IMG/VR virus record: IMGVR_UViG_3300032284_001272
Coordinates: 1 to 58,942 of that record
Length of the DNA stretch: 58,942 nucleotides
Direction: 5' to 3' (one strand)
Source: a virus
Taxonomy: Duplodnaviria; Caudoviricetes
Part shown: positions 17,686 to 26,918 of the stretch, piece after piece
How the letters are laid out: each line of letters starts with the position of its first letter
Numbering within the stretch: position 1 is the first letter of the stretch
Position numbers and translations under genes: made by a program
The notes under the pieces: generated by a model
The model's database searches: none
The model's input: only the letters and a program-made list of their open reading frames with translations
What the model was told of the DNA's origin: nothing

Positions 17686-17898
17686 ATGTCATCACTTGAT
17701 CTGTTCTTGTTTCGAAGGATTCAAGAACGTTTGGAAGAAGAAAAGAGAAACCGCTCAGAGGTAATTCTGGGCGGTTCAGCACAAACCTTAGAGGAGTACA
17801 AATACGCGGTTGGGTACCTGAATGGATTATCCGACGCAATTATCTGGGCAAAAGAGATCAATGATCAATTGATCGGCATTAACGAAAAAGCGAGATAA
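17686..17898 (+). CDS. Conserved hypothetical protein of the head module
   Basis: AAGGAG SD; EEYKYAVGYLNGL. Confidence 0.7.
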   Translation: MSSLDLFLFRRIQERLEEEKRNRSEVILGGSAQTLEEYKYAVGYLNGLSDAIIWAKEINDQLIGINEKAR

Positions 17899-17899
17899 A

Positions 17900-18298
17900 A
17901 TGGCTAAGAATAGTATGAAAATGACTCATACGGTTGACCCCGTAAATGAGTTGCGAGAGTCTGTAGGCGATCTTTCCGGCATTAAAATTTATAACAATTG
18001 GATTTTGTGCGCGATTTATAAGCGCCCTGAGAAGACTGCAAGCGGAATTATCCTCACCGACAATACCCGTAAAGAAGATGAGTATCAGGGTAAGGTAGGA
18101 TTGGTCCTTAAAAAAGGCCCATTGGCTTTTGTGGACGACGAAACAACAACTTTTCAAGAACAAAACGTGAACATAGGCGAGTGGATTGTTTTCAGATCGT
18201 CTGATGGATGGTCTTTGACCGTCAACGGAGTGCTTTGCCGCATGATGCAAGACATTCAGATCCGCATGGCCATCCCTTCACCTGATGTGGTGTTCTAA
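17900..18298 (+). CDS. groES: GroES-like co-chaperonin
   Basis: EKTASGIIL mobile loop, GLVLKKGP, VNIGEWIVF. Confidence 0.75.
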   Translation: MAKNSMKMTHTVDPVNELRESVGDLSGIKIYNNWILCAIYKRPEKTASGIILTDNTRKEDEYQGKVGLVLKKGPLAFVDDETTTFQEQNVNIGEWIVFRSSDGWSLTVNGVLCRMMQDIQIRMAIPSPDVVF

Positions 18299-19251
18299 TG
18301 GAGGGCATTATGGATCTAGAACCAGTAGATATTGTCATTGATACCGAGAAATTGGCGGATAAACCTGCCGCAGCAATTGATCTTGGTGCAAATGAACCGC
18401 TTAAAGTAGAGGCGGCACCTGAAAAACGAAACACGGAAGACGATGGGATTGAGCTTCTTAAACAGCAGCTTGAAGATCGCCGCCGTGAAGCGGACGAAGC
18501 TAGACGCCAGAAAGCACAAGTTGAGCAAATCGCTGTACAGCAACAGGCTCAGTTGCGTAATTTTCAGTTTCAAGCGTCTGATAGCCAGCATACATCGTTT
18601 GTAAATGCCATCGCGGCGTATGAACGTGACGCTGAAATGCTAGAACGTGAGTTGGCGGCTACGTTAGAGGCTAATGATTATTCAAAAGCAGCTAAACTTC
18701 AACGCCAAATGGGCCAAATTGATAACCGATTGATGACTCTTCAGCAGGGCCGTGAGGCTTTAGAAGAGAAAATACGCACACAGCAAGCAGAGGCGCAGCA
18801 ACCGCAGCGTCAAATGCAACCCCCTGTGCATCAACAGAACCTTGATCCTGTTGAATCGCAAATCGCGACCCTTAGTGAAGCCTCCAAGCATTGGATACGT
18901 CAGCGCCCAGAGGTCATTACTAACCCACAGATGAAAGCTTTGATGACTGCGGGTCATTTTGAAGCTGTAGCGAAGAATATTCCGGTCGAATCACCTGAGT
19001 ATTTCTCTTACATCGAAGGTAAATTGACCAATGACGGCCAACCTCAACAGAGAACAGCCGCCCCAACGCGTCAATCCATGGCTTCAGCACCCGTATCACG
19101 CAGTGCAGCACCCGTAACGCAAAATGGTCGCTCAATGACCATTAATCTTACACCTGAAATGCGAGAAATTGCCCGCGCCAACGATATGTCGGACGAGGAA
19201 TACGCAATGTACCGCCTTAAAGAGATCCAATCAGGTAACATAAGGGCTTAA
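18298..19251 (+). CDS. Putative capsid scaffolding protein
   Basis: Coiled coil, Q-rich; C-terminal LTPEMREIA...MSDEEYA; position before the capsid gene. Confidence 0.65.
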   Translation: MEGIMDLEPVDIVIDTEKLADKPAAAIDLGANEPLKVEAAPEKRNTEDDGIELLKQQLEDRRREADEARRQKAQVEQIAVQQQAQLRNFQFQASDSQHTSFVNAIAAYERDAEMLERELAATLEANDYSKAAKLQRQMGQIDNRLMTLQQGREALEEKIRTQQAEAQQPQRQMQPPVHQQNLDPVESQIATLSEASKHWIRQRPEVITNPQMKALMTAGHFEAVAKNIPVESPEYFSYIEGKLTNDGQPQQRTAAPTRQSMASAPVSRSAAPVTQNGRSMTINLTPEMREIARANDMSDEEYAMYRLKEIQSGNIRA

Positions 19252-19255
19252 TATT

Positions 19256-19819
19256 ATGACAAACACAAAAGTAGCACGTAAAAGCACGTATGATCGCCCA
19301 GAAGAGGTGATTGAGATTGATAACGAAGTAGAGGCGGCTCCAATCGCGTCTAAACCACGCGGTCTACGCGATGCGGCGCTTCGTGCGGAGCAAATTCGCG
19401 ACCGTATGCGTAACAATGAGCAGAACCTTGATCATTATGACGAGTTCTTCATTGATCCACGCGTTGTCCCAGAGGGTTGGGATTACAATTGGAAGCGTTT
19501 AGAGATCGCTGGCATGAAAGACCCTGCGTATGAAGTCGAATTGCTTCAAGCGGGTTGGGAACCAGTGGATGCTGCGCGTCACCCTGACATGGTACCGCCC
19601 GGTTATAAAGGTGCGATCACCAAAAAGGGTATGATTTTGATGGAACGTCCATCTGAAATCAGCAACATTGCCAAACAACGTGAGCTTTCAACAGCCCGCG
19701 AAGCAGTTGCCGCAAAGGAACGCGCTCTTGGACTTGCTCCTAGTGGTCAATTTGAGCGTGATCAAAGTAAAACTGGTGTACGTAAATCGTATTCACCGAT
19801 GAGTGTACCTACAAATTAA
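19256..19819 (+). CDS. Conserved head-module protein
   Basis: PEGWDYNWKR...GWEPV...GMILMERP. Confidence 0.7.
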   Translation: MTNTKVARKSTYDRPEEVIEIDNEVEAAPIASKPRGLRDAALRAEQIRDRMRNNEQNLDHYDEFFIDPRVVPEGWDYNWKRLEIAGMKDPAYEVELLQAGWEPVDAARHPDMVPPGYKGAITKKGMILMERPSEISNIAKQRELSTAREAVAAKERALGLAPSGQFERDQSKTGVRKSYSPMSVPTN

Positions 19820-19823
19820 CAAT

Positions 19824-19850
19824 AAAGGGGGCTTCGGCCTCCTTTTTTCT
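19824..19850 (+). terminator. Intrinsic terminator
   Basis: AAGGGGGC-TTCG-GCCTCCTT hairpin followed by T tract. Confidence 0.75.
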
Positions 19851-19976
19851 ATTGCGAGCATAATTCTTATTGTGTATACATGCTCACATAACTCCGCTAC
19901 GCGCCGTAGTGGGCTTCCTCGTTTGAAAACACCGTGACACGCCGTCGCACAGTTTTCTACCGAAAAGGAGCAACCT

Positions 19977-20588
19977 ATGGCGAACACTTCAGCGCCTTTT
20001 GGTTTCCAACTTGCCGGGTTTCTGGACGGACGCACTGGTTCATTGGGCCAGTCCACGTACCTGATTCAATCCGGTCTTGGCTATAATCTCTTCACGGGCG
20101 ACCCTGTTGCTATTTCTGGTGGCTATGTAATTCAGGCTACCGCTGGCACGGGCGCTATTCTCGGCATTTTCATTGGCTGCGAATATTATTCTTCGGCGGT
20201 TAACCGCGTCATCTGGTCGCCTTATTGGCCAGCTTCGACGACCGTTCCGACCGGAACTGTAATTAATGCGTATGTCATCACTGACCCACAGGCTACCTTC
20301 AAGGTTCAGTCTTCGGGTTCGGCTGCCGTTACTCAGGCTAACGTAAATTCGAACATTGACTTTGCTGGTAACTCGCCAGCTTCGCCATCGACGGCCCAGA
20401 CACTCTCTGGCCAGTCAACGGCTTACGCCAATCAGGCGAATATCAGCACTTCGACCACGTATGCTTTCCGTATCCTCGGCCTCGTCACTGCTCCTCCGGG
20501 CGCAAACGGCACGGATTCGACAACCGCTTACAACCAGATCCTCGTTGCCTTCAATAATCAGACTCTTCGTCTGACTGCTGGCTCGTAA
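19977..20588 (+). CDS. Capsid decoration / minor head protein
   Basis: MANTSAPFG, LFTGDPV, GIFIGCEY, DPQATFKVQ; directly before the MCP. Confidence 0.7.
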   Translation: MANTSAPFGFQLAGFLDGRTGSLGQSTYLIQSGLGYNLFTGDPVAISGGYVIQATAGTGAILGIFIGCEYYSSAVNRVIWSPYWPASTTVPTGTVINAYVITDPQATFKVQSSGSAAVTQANVNSNIDFAGNSPASPSTAQTLSGQSTAYANQANISTSTTYAFRILGLVTAPPGANGTDSTTAYNQILVAFNNQTLRLTAGS

Positions 20589-20603
20589 TAGGAGTAATGT
20601 CAC

Positions 20604-21521
20604 ATGGCTATTAATCTTTCACAGATTCGTGACCTTCTCCTCCCGGGCCTCCGCGGGGTTGAAGGTAAGTACGCGATGATCCCATCGCAGTATGACAAGG
20701 TGTTTGAAATCACCAAGTCAAACATGGCGCTCGAACGTACCGCAGAAATGCGTTACCTCGGTCTCGCCCAGCTCAAGAACGAAGGTGGTAACACCCAGTT
20801 CGATAACGCTGCTGGCGAACGCTACGTCTACAATCAGGAGCATAATGAAATTGCTCTTGGTTACTCGATCACCCGCAAGGCGATTGACGATAACCTCTAC
20901 AAGGCACAGTTTAAGCCGACCAACCTCGGCCTCACTGAGTCGTTCCATCAGACCAAGGAAATTTACGCCGCTAACGTGTTCAACACGGCTACGACGTATA
21001 ACGCATCAGTCGGTGGTGACGGTGTTGCGCTCTGCTCGACATCGCATCCAATCGACGGCGGCCTGACCATCGCTAACAAGCCTACAATCGACGTTGATCT
21101 GAACGAATCGACCCTCCTTAACGGTATGGTCGCTATCCGTCAGAACTTCCGCGATATTGCTGGTAACAAGATTTTTGCGCGTGGTCGCAAGCTGATTGTT
21201 CCGCCAGCACTTGAGCCTGTTGCTATTCGCCTCACGAAGACGCAGCTGCGTCCGGGAACGGCAGACAACGACGTAAACGCTATCATGTTTACGGGCGGCG
21301 GTCTCCCAGAAGGCTACATGGTCATGGACTTCTTGACCTCGAACTTCGCTTGGTTCCTGCTTACGAACATTAAGGGTCTCGTATACATGGAACGTATGCC
21401 ATTCGAAATGGACATGCAGGTGGACTTTACGACTGACAACTTGTTGGTCAAGGGTTACGAGCGTTATTCCTTGGGTTACTATAACTGGCGTTCGATCTAC
21501 GGCTCGTTCCCAACAGCTTAA
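20604..21521 (+). CDS. Major capsid protein (Mu gpT-like HK97 fold)
   Basis: MAI..SQ...LLPGL, ALGYSIT..AIDDNLY, GGDGVALCSTSHP, KLIVPP, ERYSLG..NWR. Confidence 0.9.
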   Translation: MAINLSQIRDLLLPGLRGVEGKYAMIPSQYDKVFEITKSNMALERTAEMRYLGLAQLKNEGGNTQFDNAAGERYVYNQEHNEIALGYSITRKAIDDNLYKAQFKPTNLGLTESFHQTKEIYAANVFNTATTYNASVGGDGVALCSTSHPIDGGLTIANKPTIDVDLNESTLLNGMVAIRQNFRDIAGNKIFARGRKLIVPPALEPVAIRLTKTQLRPGTADNDVNAIMFTGGGLPEGYMVMDFLTSNFAWFLLTNIKGLVYMERMPFEMDMQVDFTTDNLLVKGYERYSLGYYNWRSIYGSFPTA

Positions 21522-21533
21522 GGAGAAGGCAAT

Positions 21534-22766
21534 ATGTCTATTTCAGCATTCTCCGGCCCATTAGTATCGTTTGGGCAGAATACCAACCCGAATAGTCCGA
21601 CAATGACGGACTATAATCCGGAAGCTGGCCCGTCGTTGTTTTACAACGGCGTGGCTCTTCTTGATCAGCGTTGGCCTTACAGCTACGAACCGGGACAGAA
21701 CTTCGGTAATGTCACGGCTGGTTTCTCCGTTCAGAACGTACAAACACTGAACGTGGTTCCTTATGCGTTGAGTGCTACAGCGATTTCGGCTGCGTTGGCT
21801 ACTACCGCCTCTACGCCAGTAACTCTTGTCTCGTCTTCTTCGACAACGACAGGCATTGCTACCGCTGTCTCAATCAACCGCGCTGATACGAATGCTACTG
21901 TCACTGGCCTTCTGGCTATTGATGGTTACACTTCGGTCACGGGCTATGTTTCGAACGGCACAAGCGGCACGGCTGGTAACATCCTCATCGTTAGCACGGC
22001 ATCGTATGCTCCGCTCGCGGTTGGTATGGTTATTAGCGGCACGGGTGTTACGGCTGGTACTTATATCACTGGCTATGCCCCATCGCTTAACGTCTCAAAC
22101 GGCAATTCTGCTACTGGCGGAACGGGTGCTTATTACGTAAGCAACTCATTCGCCGCTGGCACAAGTGGTTCGCCAATTACGATCAATGCTGCACTTGGCA
22201 CAAGCACCGTTCCTGCCACTTCGCAGTCGCGTATTGCTTTTGGTCAAGCTGGTACGGTCCAGTTGTGGAACCCACAGAGCCTTATCGCTCGCGCTGTTAG
22301 CATTACGCCGACATCCGCTAACCCGACCGCTTCGATCACATTTACAGTCGCTGGCTATGATATTTATGGCTACCCGATGTCTGAAGTGATTTCCCTCACA
22401 ACTGGTTCTACATCAGGAACAGCTGTGAACGGAAAGAAAGCGTTTAAGTATATCACATCTGTAACGCCTAGCGTGACAGACACGGTTACTTACTCGGTTG
22501 GAACGACCGATATTTTCGGGCTTCCACTCCGTGCGGATAACTTTGGTGAACTCTTGATCAACTATCCTGCGACAGTTGTGACGGCGAATACCGGGTTTGT
22601 GGCCGCTGTTACTACCTACGCTACGACAACGACTGGCGACGTTCGCGGCACGTATGCATTGCAGACGGCTTCTAACGGCTCCCGCCGCCTCATCGTAACG
22701 CAGTCTCCGCAAGCGTATAATATCGGCACGACGACCACAGGTCTGTTCGGCGTAACCCAAGTATAA
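21534..22766 (+). CDS. Virion structural protein (S/T/G-rich, beta-rich)
   Basis: GYDIYGYPMSE, GKKAFKYI, TTGDVRGTY; follows the MCP. Confidence 0.65.
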   Translation: MSISAFSGPLVSFGQNTNPNSPTMTDYNPEAGPSLFYNGVALLDQRWPYSYEPGQNFGNVTAGFSVQNVQTLNVVPYALSATAISAALATTASTPVTLVSSSSTTTGIATAVSINRADTNATVTGLLAIDGYTSVTGYVSNGTSGTAGNILIVSTASYAPLAVGMVISGTGVTAGTYITGYAPSLNVSNGNSATGGTGAYYVSNSFAAGTSGSPITINAALGTSTVPATSQSRIAFGQAGTVQLWNPQSLIARAVSITPTSANPTASITFTVAGYDIYGYPMSEVISLTTGSTSGTAVNGKKAFKYITSVTPSVTDTVTYSVGTTDIFGLPLRADNFGELLINYPATVVTANTGFVAAVTTYATTTTGDVRGTYALQTASNGSRRLIVTQSPQAYNIGTTTTGLFGVTQV

Positions 22767-22777
22767 GGAACTAAGCT

Positions 22778-23176
22778 ATGAAGGGTAAGCACCATCACGG
22801 TGATACTGCTGCGCAGCATCACAAAGGGCATATGGATCACCACGATCTAAGCCACCACCACCGCGCCCACCGTAAGCACGGCGGCCATGTCGGTAACGTT
22901 GCTCATGAAGGCGACGTTGCTCATGACGAGGCACCGCACGACGTTTACGCTGGTGCAAGTTCGCCTACTGTTAAGGAAGCGATGAAGAAGAAGCGCGGCG
23001 GAAAAGTCCACCATGGCCACAAGGAAGTCGAGATGCATGGGCATAAGGCTCACCACCGTCTTGACCGCCCGGCACGTAAACATGGCGGCAAGGTCGGCGC
23101 TGAAATGAACCCGTTCTCGGCAGCTCGTCACGTTAAGACGCCAGTGGGCCGCGACGTAGACTCGGTGGAAGACTGA
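22778..23176 (+). CDS. His-rich basic protein with KxGG motifs
   Basis: About 26 His in 132 aa; RKHGG, KKRGG, RKHGG. Confidence 0.7.
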   Translation: MKGKHHHGDTAAQHHKGHMDHHDLSHHHRAHRKHGGHVGNVAHEGDVAHDEAPHDVYAGASSPTVKEAMKKKRGGKVHHGHKEVEMHGHKAHHRLDRPARKHGGKVGAEMNPFSAARHVKTPVGRDVDSVED

Positions 23177-23372
23177 CTGCGGTTATTCAGCAGGTGGTAG
23201 TCCAAAGTGGATACAGGGTGCGATAAAGCACCCGGGCGCACTACATAGGCAGCTTCACGTTCCAGAAGGGGAGAAAATCCCCGCTAAAAAACTGGAAAAA
23301 GCAGCGCACAGCAGCAACCCCTTGCTTGCTAAACGCGCAAGTCTCGCGAAGACGCTGAAGAAGATGCATTGA
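23160..23372 (+). CDS. Open frame for a 'KWIQGAIKHPGAL' small basic protein with no in-frame start codon
   Basis: Frame open from TAG 23157-23159 to TGA 23370-23372: ...GYSAGGSPKWIQGAIKHPGALHRQLHVPEGEKIPAKKL...LAKTLKKMH; followed by a terminator. Confidence 0.6.
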   Translation, partial: TRWKTDCGYSAGGSPKWIQGAIKHPGALHRQLHVPEGEKIPAKKLEKAAHSSNPLLAKRASLAKTLKKMH

Positions 23373-23376
23373 CTAA

Positions 23377-23405
23377 GAGGGGGGAGAAATCCCCCCTTCT
23401 TTTTT
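23377..23405 (+). terminator. Intrinsic terminator
   Basis: GGGGGGA-GAAA-TCCCCCC hairpin followed by T tract. Confidence 0.75.
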
Positions 23406-23417
23406 CGAGGGATTGAT

Positions 23418-23663
23418 ATGACAGCAGCATGGACAAGGAAAGAAGGCAAGTCGGAGTCTGGCGGGTTAAACGCCAAGGGCCGCTCATCTTACCATTCTGA
23501 AACTGGCGGCACTCTTAAAGCCCCAACAAAAGACACAGGGAATTCTCGTCACAAATCGTTTTGCGCTCGCATGGAAGGGGAGCGGGCAAAAATGACCAAC
23601 ATGAAAAATAAACACGACCCAGAAAGTCGAATTAATAAGGCTTTAAGAAAATGGGAATGTTGA
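23418..23663 (+). CDS. DUF6321-like small basic protein
   Basis: AWTRKEGK...GGLNAKGR, SFCARM, SRINKALRKW.C. Confidence 0.7.
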   Translation: MTAAWTRKEGKSESGGLNAKGRSSYHSETGGTLKAPTKDTGNSRHKSFCARMEGERAKMTNMKNKHDPESRINKALRKWEC

Positions 23664-24085
23664 TTTGCACAAAATGTAAATTAGAAAAACCGGGAACACC
23701 GAAATTTTTTCCATTACATAATAAGAAAAAAAATGGACTAGATAGTTGGTGCCGAGTTTGCAGAAGCAATTATCGCAGCGAAATTAGGCGCGGTTTGTAT
23801 AGGAATATGATTGACGATGAAAAATTGAAATCAATCATAAAAACAACAAAAGAGTGCGTAATTTGCGGGGATGAAACAAATTTGGTTGTAGATCACGATC
23901 ATAAAACCAACAAGGTTCGCGGCATGTTGTGCAACAATTGCAATAAAGGTTTGGGGTTATTTAAAGACAATCCTGATTTTTTATTGTATGCTCGCATGTA
24001 CTTATTGTCCTCGGCAGAAGACAATGAAGCTGCCTTGTTTTTAAAAACCAACCGTTCATTTTTGCAATGTGATGGGGTTCAGTAA
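23651..24085 (+). CDS. Endonuclease VII-type HNH (probable homing endonuclease)
   Basis: CVICG..LVVDHDHKTNKVRGMLCNNCNKGLG; visibly AT-rich. Confidence 0.85.
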   Translation: MGMLICTKCKLEKPGTPKFFPLHNKKKNGLDSWCRVCRSNYRSEIRRGLYRNMIDDEKLKSIIKTTKECVICGDETNLVVDHDHKTNKVRGMLCNNCNKGLGLFKDNPDFLLYARMYLLSSAEDNEAALFLKTNRSFLQCDGVQ

Positions 24086-24249
24086 TGTCTAAGAAACCGT
24101 TCTGGGAACACCCGGCTGAAAAAGACGCGCATCATAAACATTTAACGGCGAAACAAAAAACAACTGCGAAGGCACATGCAAGAGCTGCTGGCAGACCATA
24201 CCCAAATTTGGTAGATAACGCAGCGGTAGCCCGCACGAAAGGAAAGTAA
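24085..24249 (+). CDS. Small basic protein (54 aa), absent from the ORF track
   Basis: MSKKPFWE...AKAHARAAGRPYPNLVDN...; TAATG overlap. Confidence 0.65.
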   Translation: MSKKPFWEHPAEKDAHHKHLTAKQKTTAKAHARAAGRPYPNLVDNAAVARTKGK

Positions 24250-24251
24250 AA

Positions 24252-24881
24252 ATGCGCCCAATTACAGTAACGGTCGGTCCTTTGGCGGCTGCAAATGCAA
24301 GCGGAATTGCCACAGCGGCGGCAACTGCTACATCAATCACAATTAGCAACGGTACGCTGGATACGCCTCGTCGTATTTTGTTTACTCCGGGCGGCAGTGA
24401 AGCCGCAAACACATTTACAATTGTCGGAACAGCGGCAAATGGGGCACCTCAAACTGAAGTTTTAGCTGGTTCTACGTCTTCTTTTTATTCAAACCTTGAT
24501 TTTGCGACAGTTACGTCAATCACGTTTAAAAATGCAATTGCTGCGGGCGCTGGCCTTACGGTTGGCACAAACAACATCGCGTCATCCCCGTGGGTACGTT
24601 TTGACGATTATGCGCCTTCTCAAACGGCTATTCAGTGTACCGTTTCTGGTACAGTGACGTACACAGTCCAACAGACTCTTCAAGATCCCAATAGCCCAAC
24701 AAATTCGGTCAACCCGTATTCTGTTACGTGGTTAAACTCTTCTGATTCTGCTGCGGTTAATGCTACAACTTCTGTTCAAAGCAGCTACCAATATTCACCT
24801 GTTTTTGCTAAAGTTACCGTTACGAGCGGCACGGGTTCTGTCACCGCAATATTCACGCAATTCGGCGTTGCGCCGTACTAA
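24252..24881 (+). CDS. Virion structural protein
   Basis: S/T/A-rich, beta-like; in the structural operon. Confidence 0.6.
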   Translation: MRPITVTVGPLAAANASGIATAAATATSITISNGTLDTPRRILFTPGGSEAANTFTIVGTAANGAPQTEVLAGSTSSFYSNLDFATVTSITFKNAIAAGAGLTVGTNNIASSPWVRFDDYAPSQTAIQCTVSGTVTYTVQQTLQDPNSPTNSVNPYSVTWLNSSDSAAVNATTSVQSSYQYSPVFAKVTVTSGTGSVTAIFTQFGVAPY

Positions 24882-24893
24882 TTGGAGCTACCC

Positions 24894-26918
24894 ATGTCTG
24901 GTTTAAGTTTTCCCGGTAACTCAGTAGATCAAGCAATTCAAACAGAGTACCCATCTCGTTTGCGTGATAACTTGGGCCGCACAGAAGTATCTGAAGTACA
25001 AAACCTGTTTGAAGCGGACTTTGAATACGGAACCCAGCCAATGCGCTGGGAACAGTACATTTCGGGCGGCGGTAGCATATCTGCTGTTTCTGCCTCTGGT
25101 GGTATCACGATGTCCGTTACGGCGGCTTCTGGAGATGTCGCACTTCGTCAAACACGCCCTTACATCCGCTATCAGCCGGGCAAAACCATTTATATGTCGT
25201 CGGGCTTTGTGTTTGGTGCGCCTTACACAAACCAGCGTCAGCGTGTTGGCTTCTTTGATGACGGCAACGGTATTTTCTTTGAACAGGGTGACCCAACGGC
25301 TAACAACCCAACAGGAATGGCTGTTGTCTATCGTTCTGACGTTGGCGGATTGCCTTTCGACACCAAAATTACATCTGATCAATGGCTTGACCCGCAGGGT
25401 ATCAAATCATCCATTAACTGGAGCCAGATCCAAATGATCTGGATTGAGTTCGCTTGGTATGGCGCTGGTTTGCTTCGTTGGGGTGTTGTTATTAACGGCG
25501 AACCATACGTCCTTCATCAGGTTGGTATCGGTAATAAAATCAGCCAGACAACGCCGTGGTCGCGCACAGGTAACATTCCGGTTCGCTATGAATTGCGCAA
25601 TATTGGACCAATCACGACTGGTTCGTCGCCTTATACGATGGCCCATTACGGCGTTTCGGTTCTCGCGAAGGGCAAAATTGATACGCAACGTGGCTTTACA
25701 TACGGTTACGGGATGGCGGCGAATACGCCAACGCGTACTGTAGCTACGTCTTCAACTCGTTACCCCCTCCTCTCAATCCGTTATCGCACCATGGGTACGC
25801 TTGAGTATGGAGTAGATACAAACTATTCCGGCTCAAACGGCACCCTCCCTACTGGCGGCGCAGCTATCACTAGCTCGTCCGTTCTTGCGTCACAGGTTGC
25901 GACTTCCTCCATTTCAGGCACGACGCTCACCATTGGCACGGTCACATCAGGTACAGTGGCTGTGGGGCAACTTGTGACTGGAGCGAACGTGGCGCAAGGT
26001 ACTGTTATCACCGCCAATATTTCCGGTTCTGGAGCGGGTTCTACGTGGACCGTAAACGCGTCTCAGACGGCGGCTTCCTCCACCATGTACATGACTGCTG
26101 GTAGCGTTATTACTGCTTCTAGCGCCACTTGGACGGCTAACCAGTGGGCAGGTAAGTATGTGTGGTCGCGTGGGGCAACTCAGGGCGTATCCAGCTTCAC
26201 AGCAGCCGCAAACGTGGTTACCGTAACCACATCATCCGCTCATTTCTTAACAACCGGGCGTTACCTTACGTTTTCGGGCGGTACTCTTACGACTGGTTCG
26301 CCAAACGGCACATTCCAAATCACGGTTACCGGGCCTACGACGTTCACGTATACGGTTCCTAGCGGCTCTGGTACGCCGGGCGGTACACTTGTGTACACTC
26401 AGGGTCTTGGCCCAATTGGGCGCATTATCTCCAACACAACCACAGCATTGACGGTTGTGGATAACGTGTTGGGTAGTGCCTCATTGCCTTACCCAATGGT
26501 TGTTACCCCGGGCGCGAGCGCAAACTACATCATTGGTGAAATTGACCGTGGTCAGATCCTCCCGCAAACGCTGAACATTTATTCGTCAGCCAACTGCACA
26601 TTGGAATTGATCACATCGACGTACTATTCGCCAATCGCTTTGACTGGCGCGACGTTTAACACGATGTATTCGCTTGGATCTTTGAACAGCTTTGTGGAAC
26701 GAGATGTCTCGGCTACAGCCCTCACAGGCGGCGAAGTGGTGTATAATACTCCTCTTCCTGCTGGTGGGTTGCAGAACTTCGACCTCACAAACTTCTTCCC
26801 GCTGTTTAACACAGTGCAGGGTGACGCTCCTGACGTCCTTACGGTCGCTATCACGACCCCATCGTCTGGTACCTTTACCGTTGGCGCATCTATCATTGCG
26901 CAGGAAGCGATGTCCTGA
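24894..26918 (+). CDS. Large virion structural / fibre-like protein
   Basis: RQTRPYIRYQPGK, RVGFFD..NGIFFE, WYGAG lectin-like core with inserted beta modules. Confidence 0.65.
   Translation: MSGLSFPGNSVDQAIQTEYPSRLRDNLGRTEVSEVQNLFEADFEYGTQPMRWEQYISGGGSISAVSASGGITMSVTAASGDVALRQTRPYIRYQPGKTIYMSSGFVFGAPYTNQRQRVGFFDDGNGIFFEQGDPTANNPTGMAVVYRSDVGGLPFDTKITSDQWLDPQGIKSSINWSQIQMIWIEFAWYGAGLLRWGVVINGEPYVLHQVGIGNKISQTTPWSRTGNIPVRYELRNIGPITTGSSPYTMAHYGVSVLAKGKIDTQRGFTYGYGMAANTPTRTVATSSTRYPLLSIRYRTMGTLEYGVDTNYSGSNGTLPTGGAAITSSSVLASQVATSSISGTTLTIGTVTSGTVAVGQLVTGANVAQGTVITANISGSGAGSTWTVNASQTAASSTMYMTAGSVITASSATWTANQWAGKYVWSRGATQGVSSFTAAANVVTVTTSSAHFLTTGRYLTFSGGTLTTGSPNGTFQITVTGPTTFTYTVPSGSGTPGGTLVYTQGLGPIGRIISNTTTALTVVDNVLGSASLPYPMVVTPGASANYIIGEIDRGQILPQTLNIYSSANCTLELITSTYYSPIALTGATFNTMYSLGSLNSFVERDVSATALTGGEVVYNTPLPAGGLQNFDLTNFFPLFNTVQGDAPDVLTVAITTPSSGTFTVGASIIAQEAMS

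Noticed and set aside
11798-21521. Introns or inteins in terL, portal or MCP; alternative genetic code
   Set aside because: The ORFs are continuous, of normal length and tightly coupled under the standard code; TAA, TAG and TGA all serve as stops in the genome
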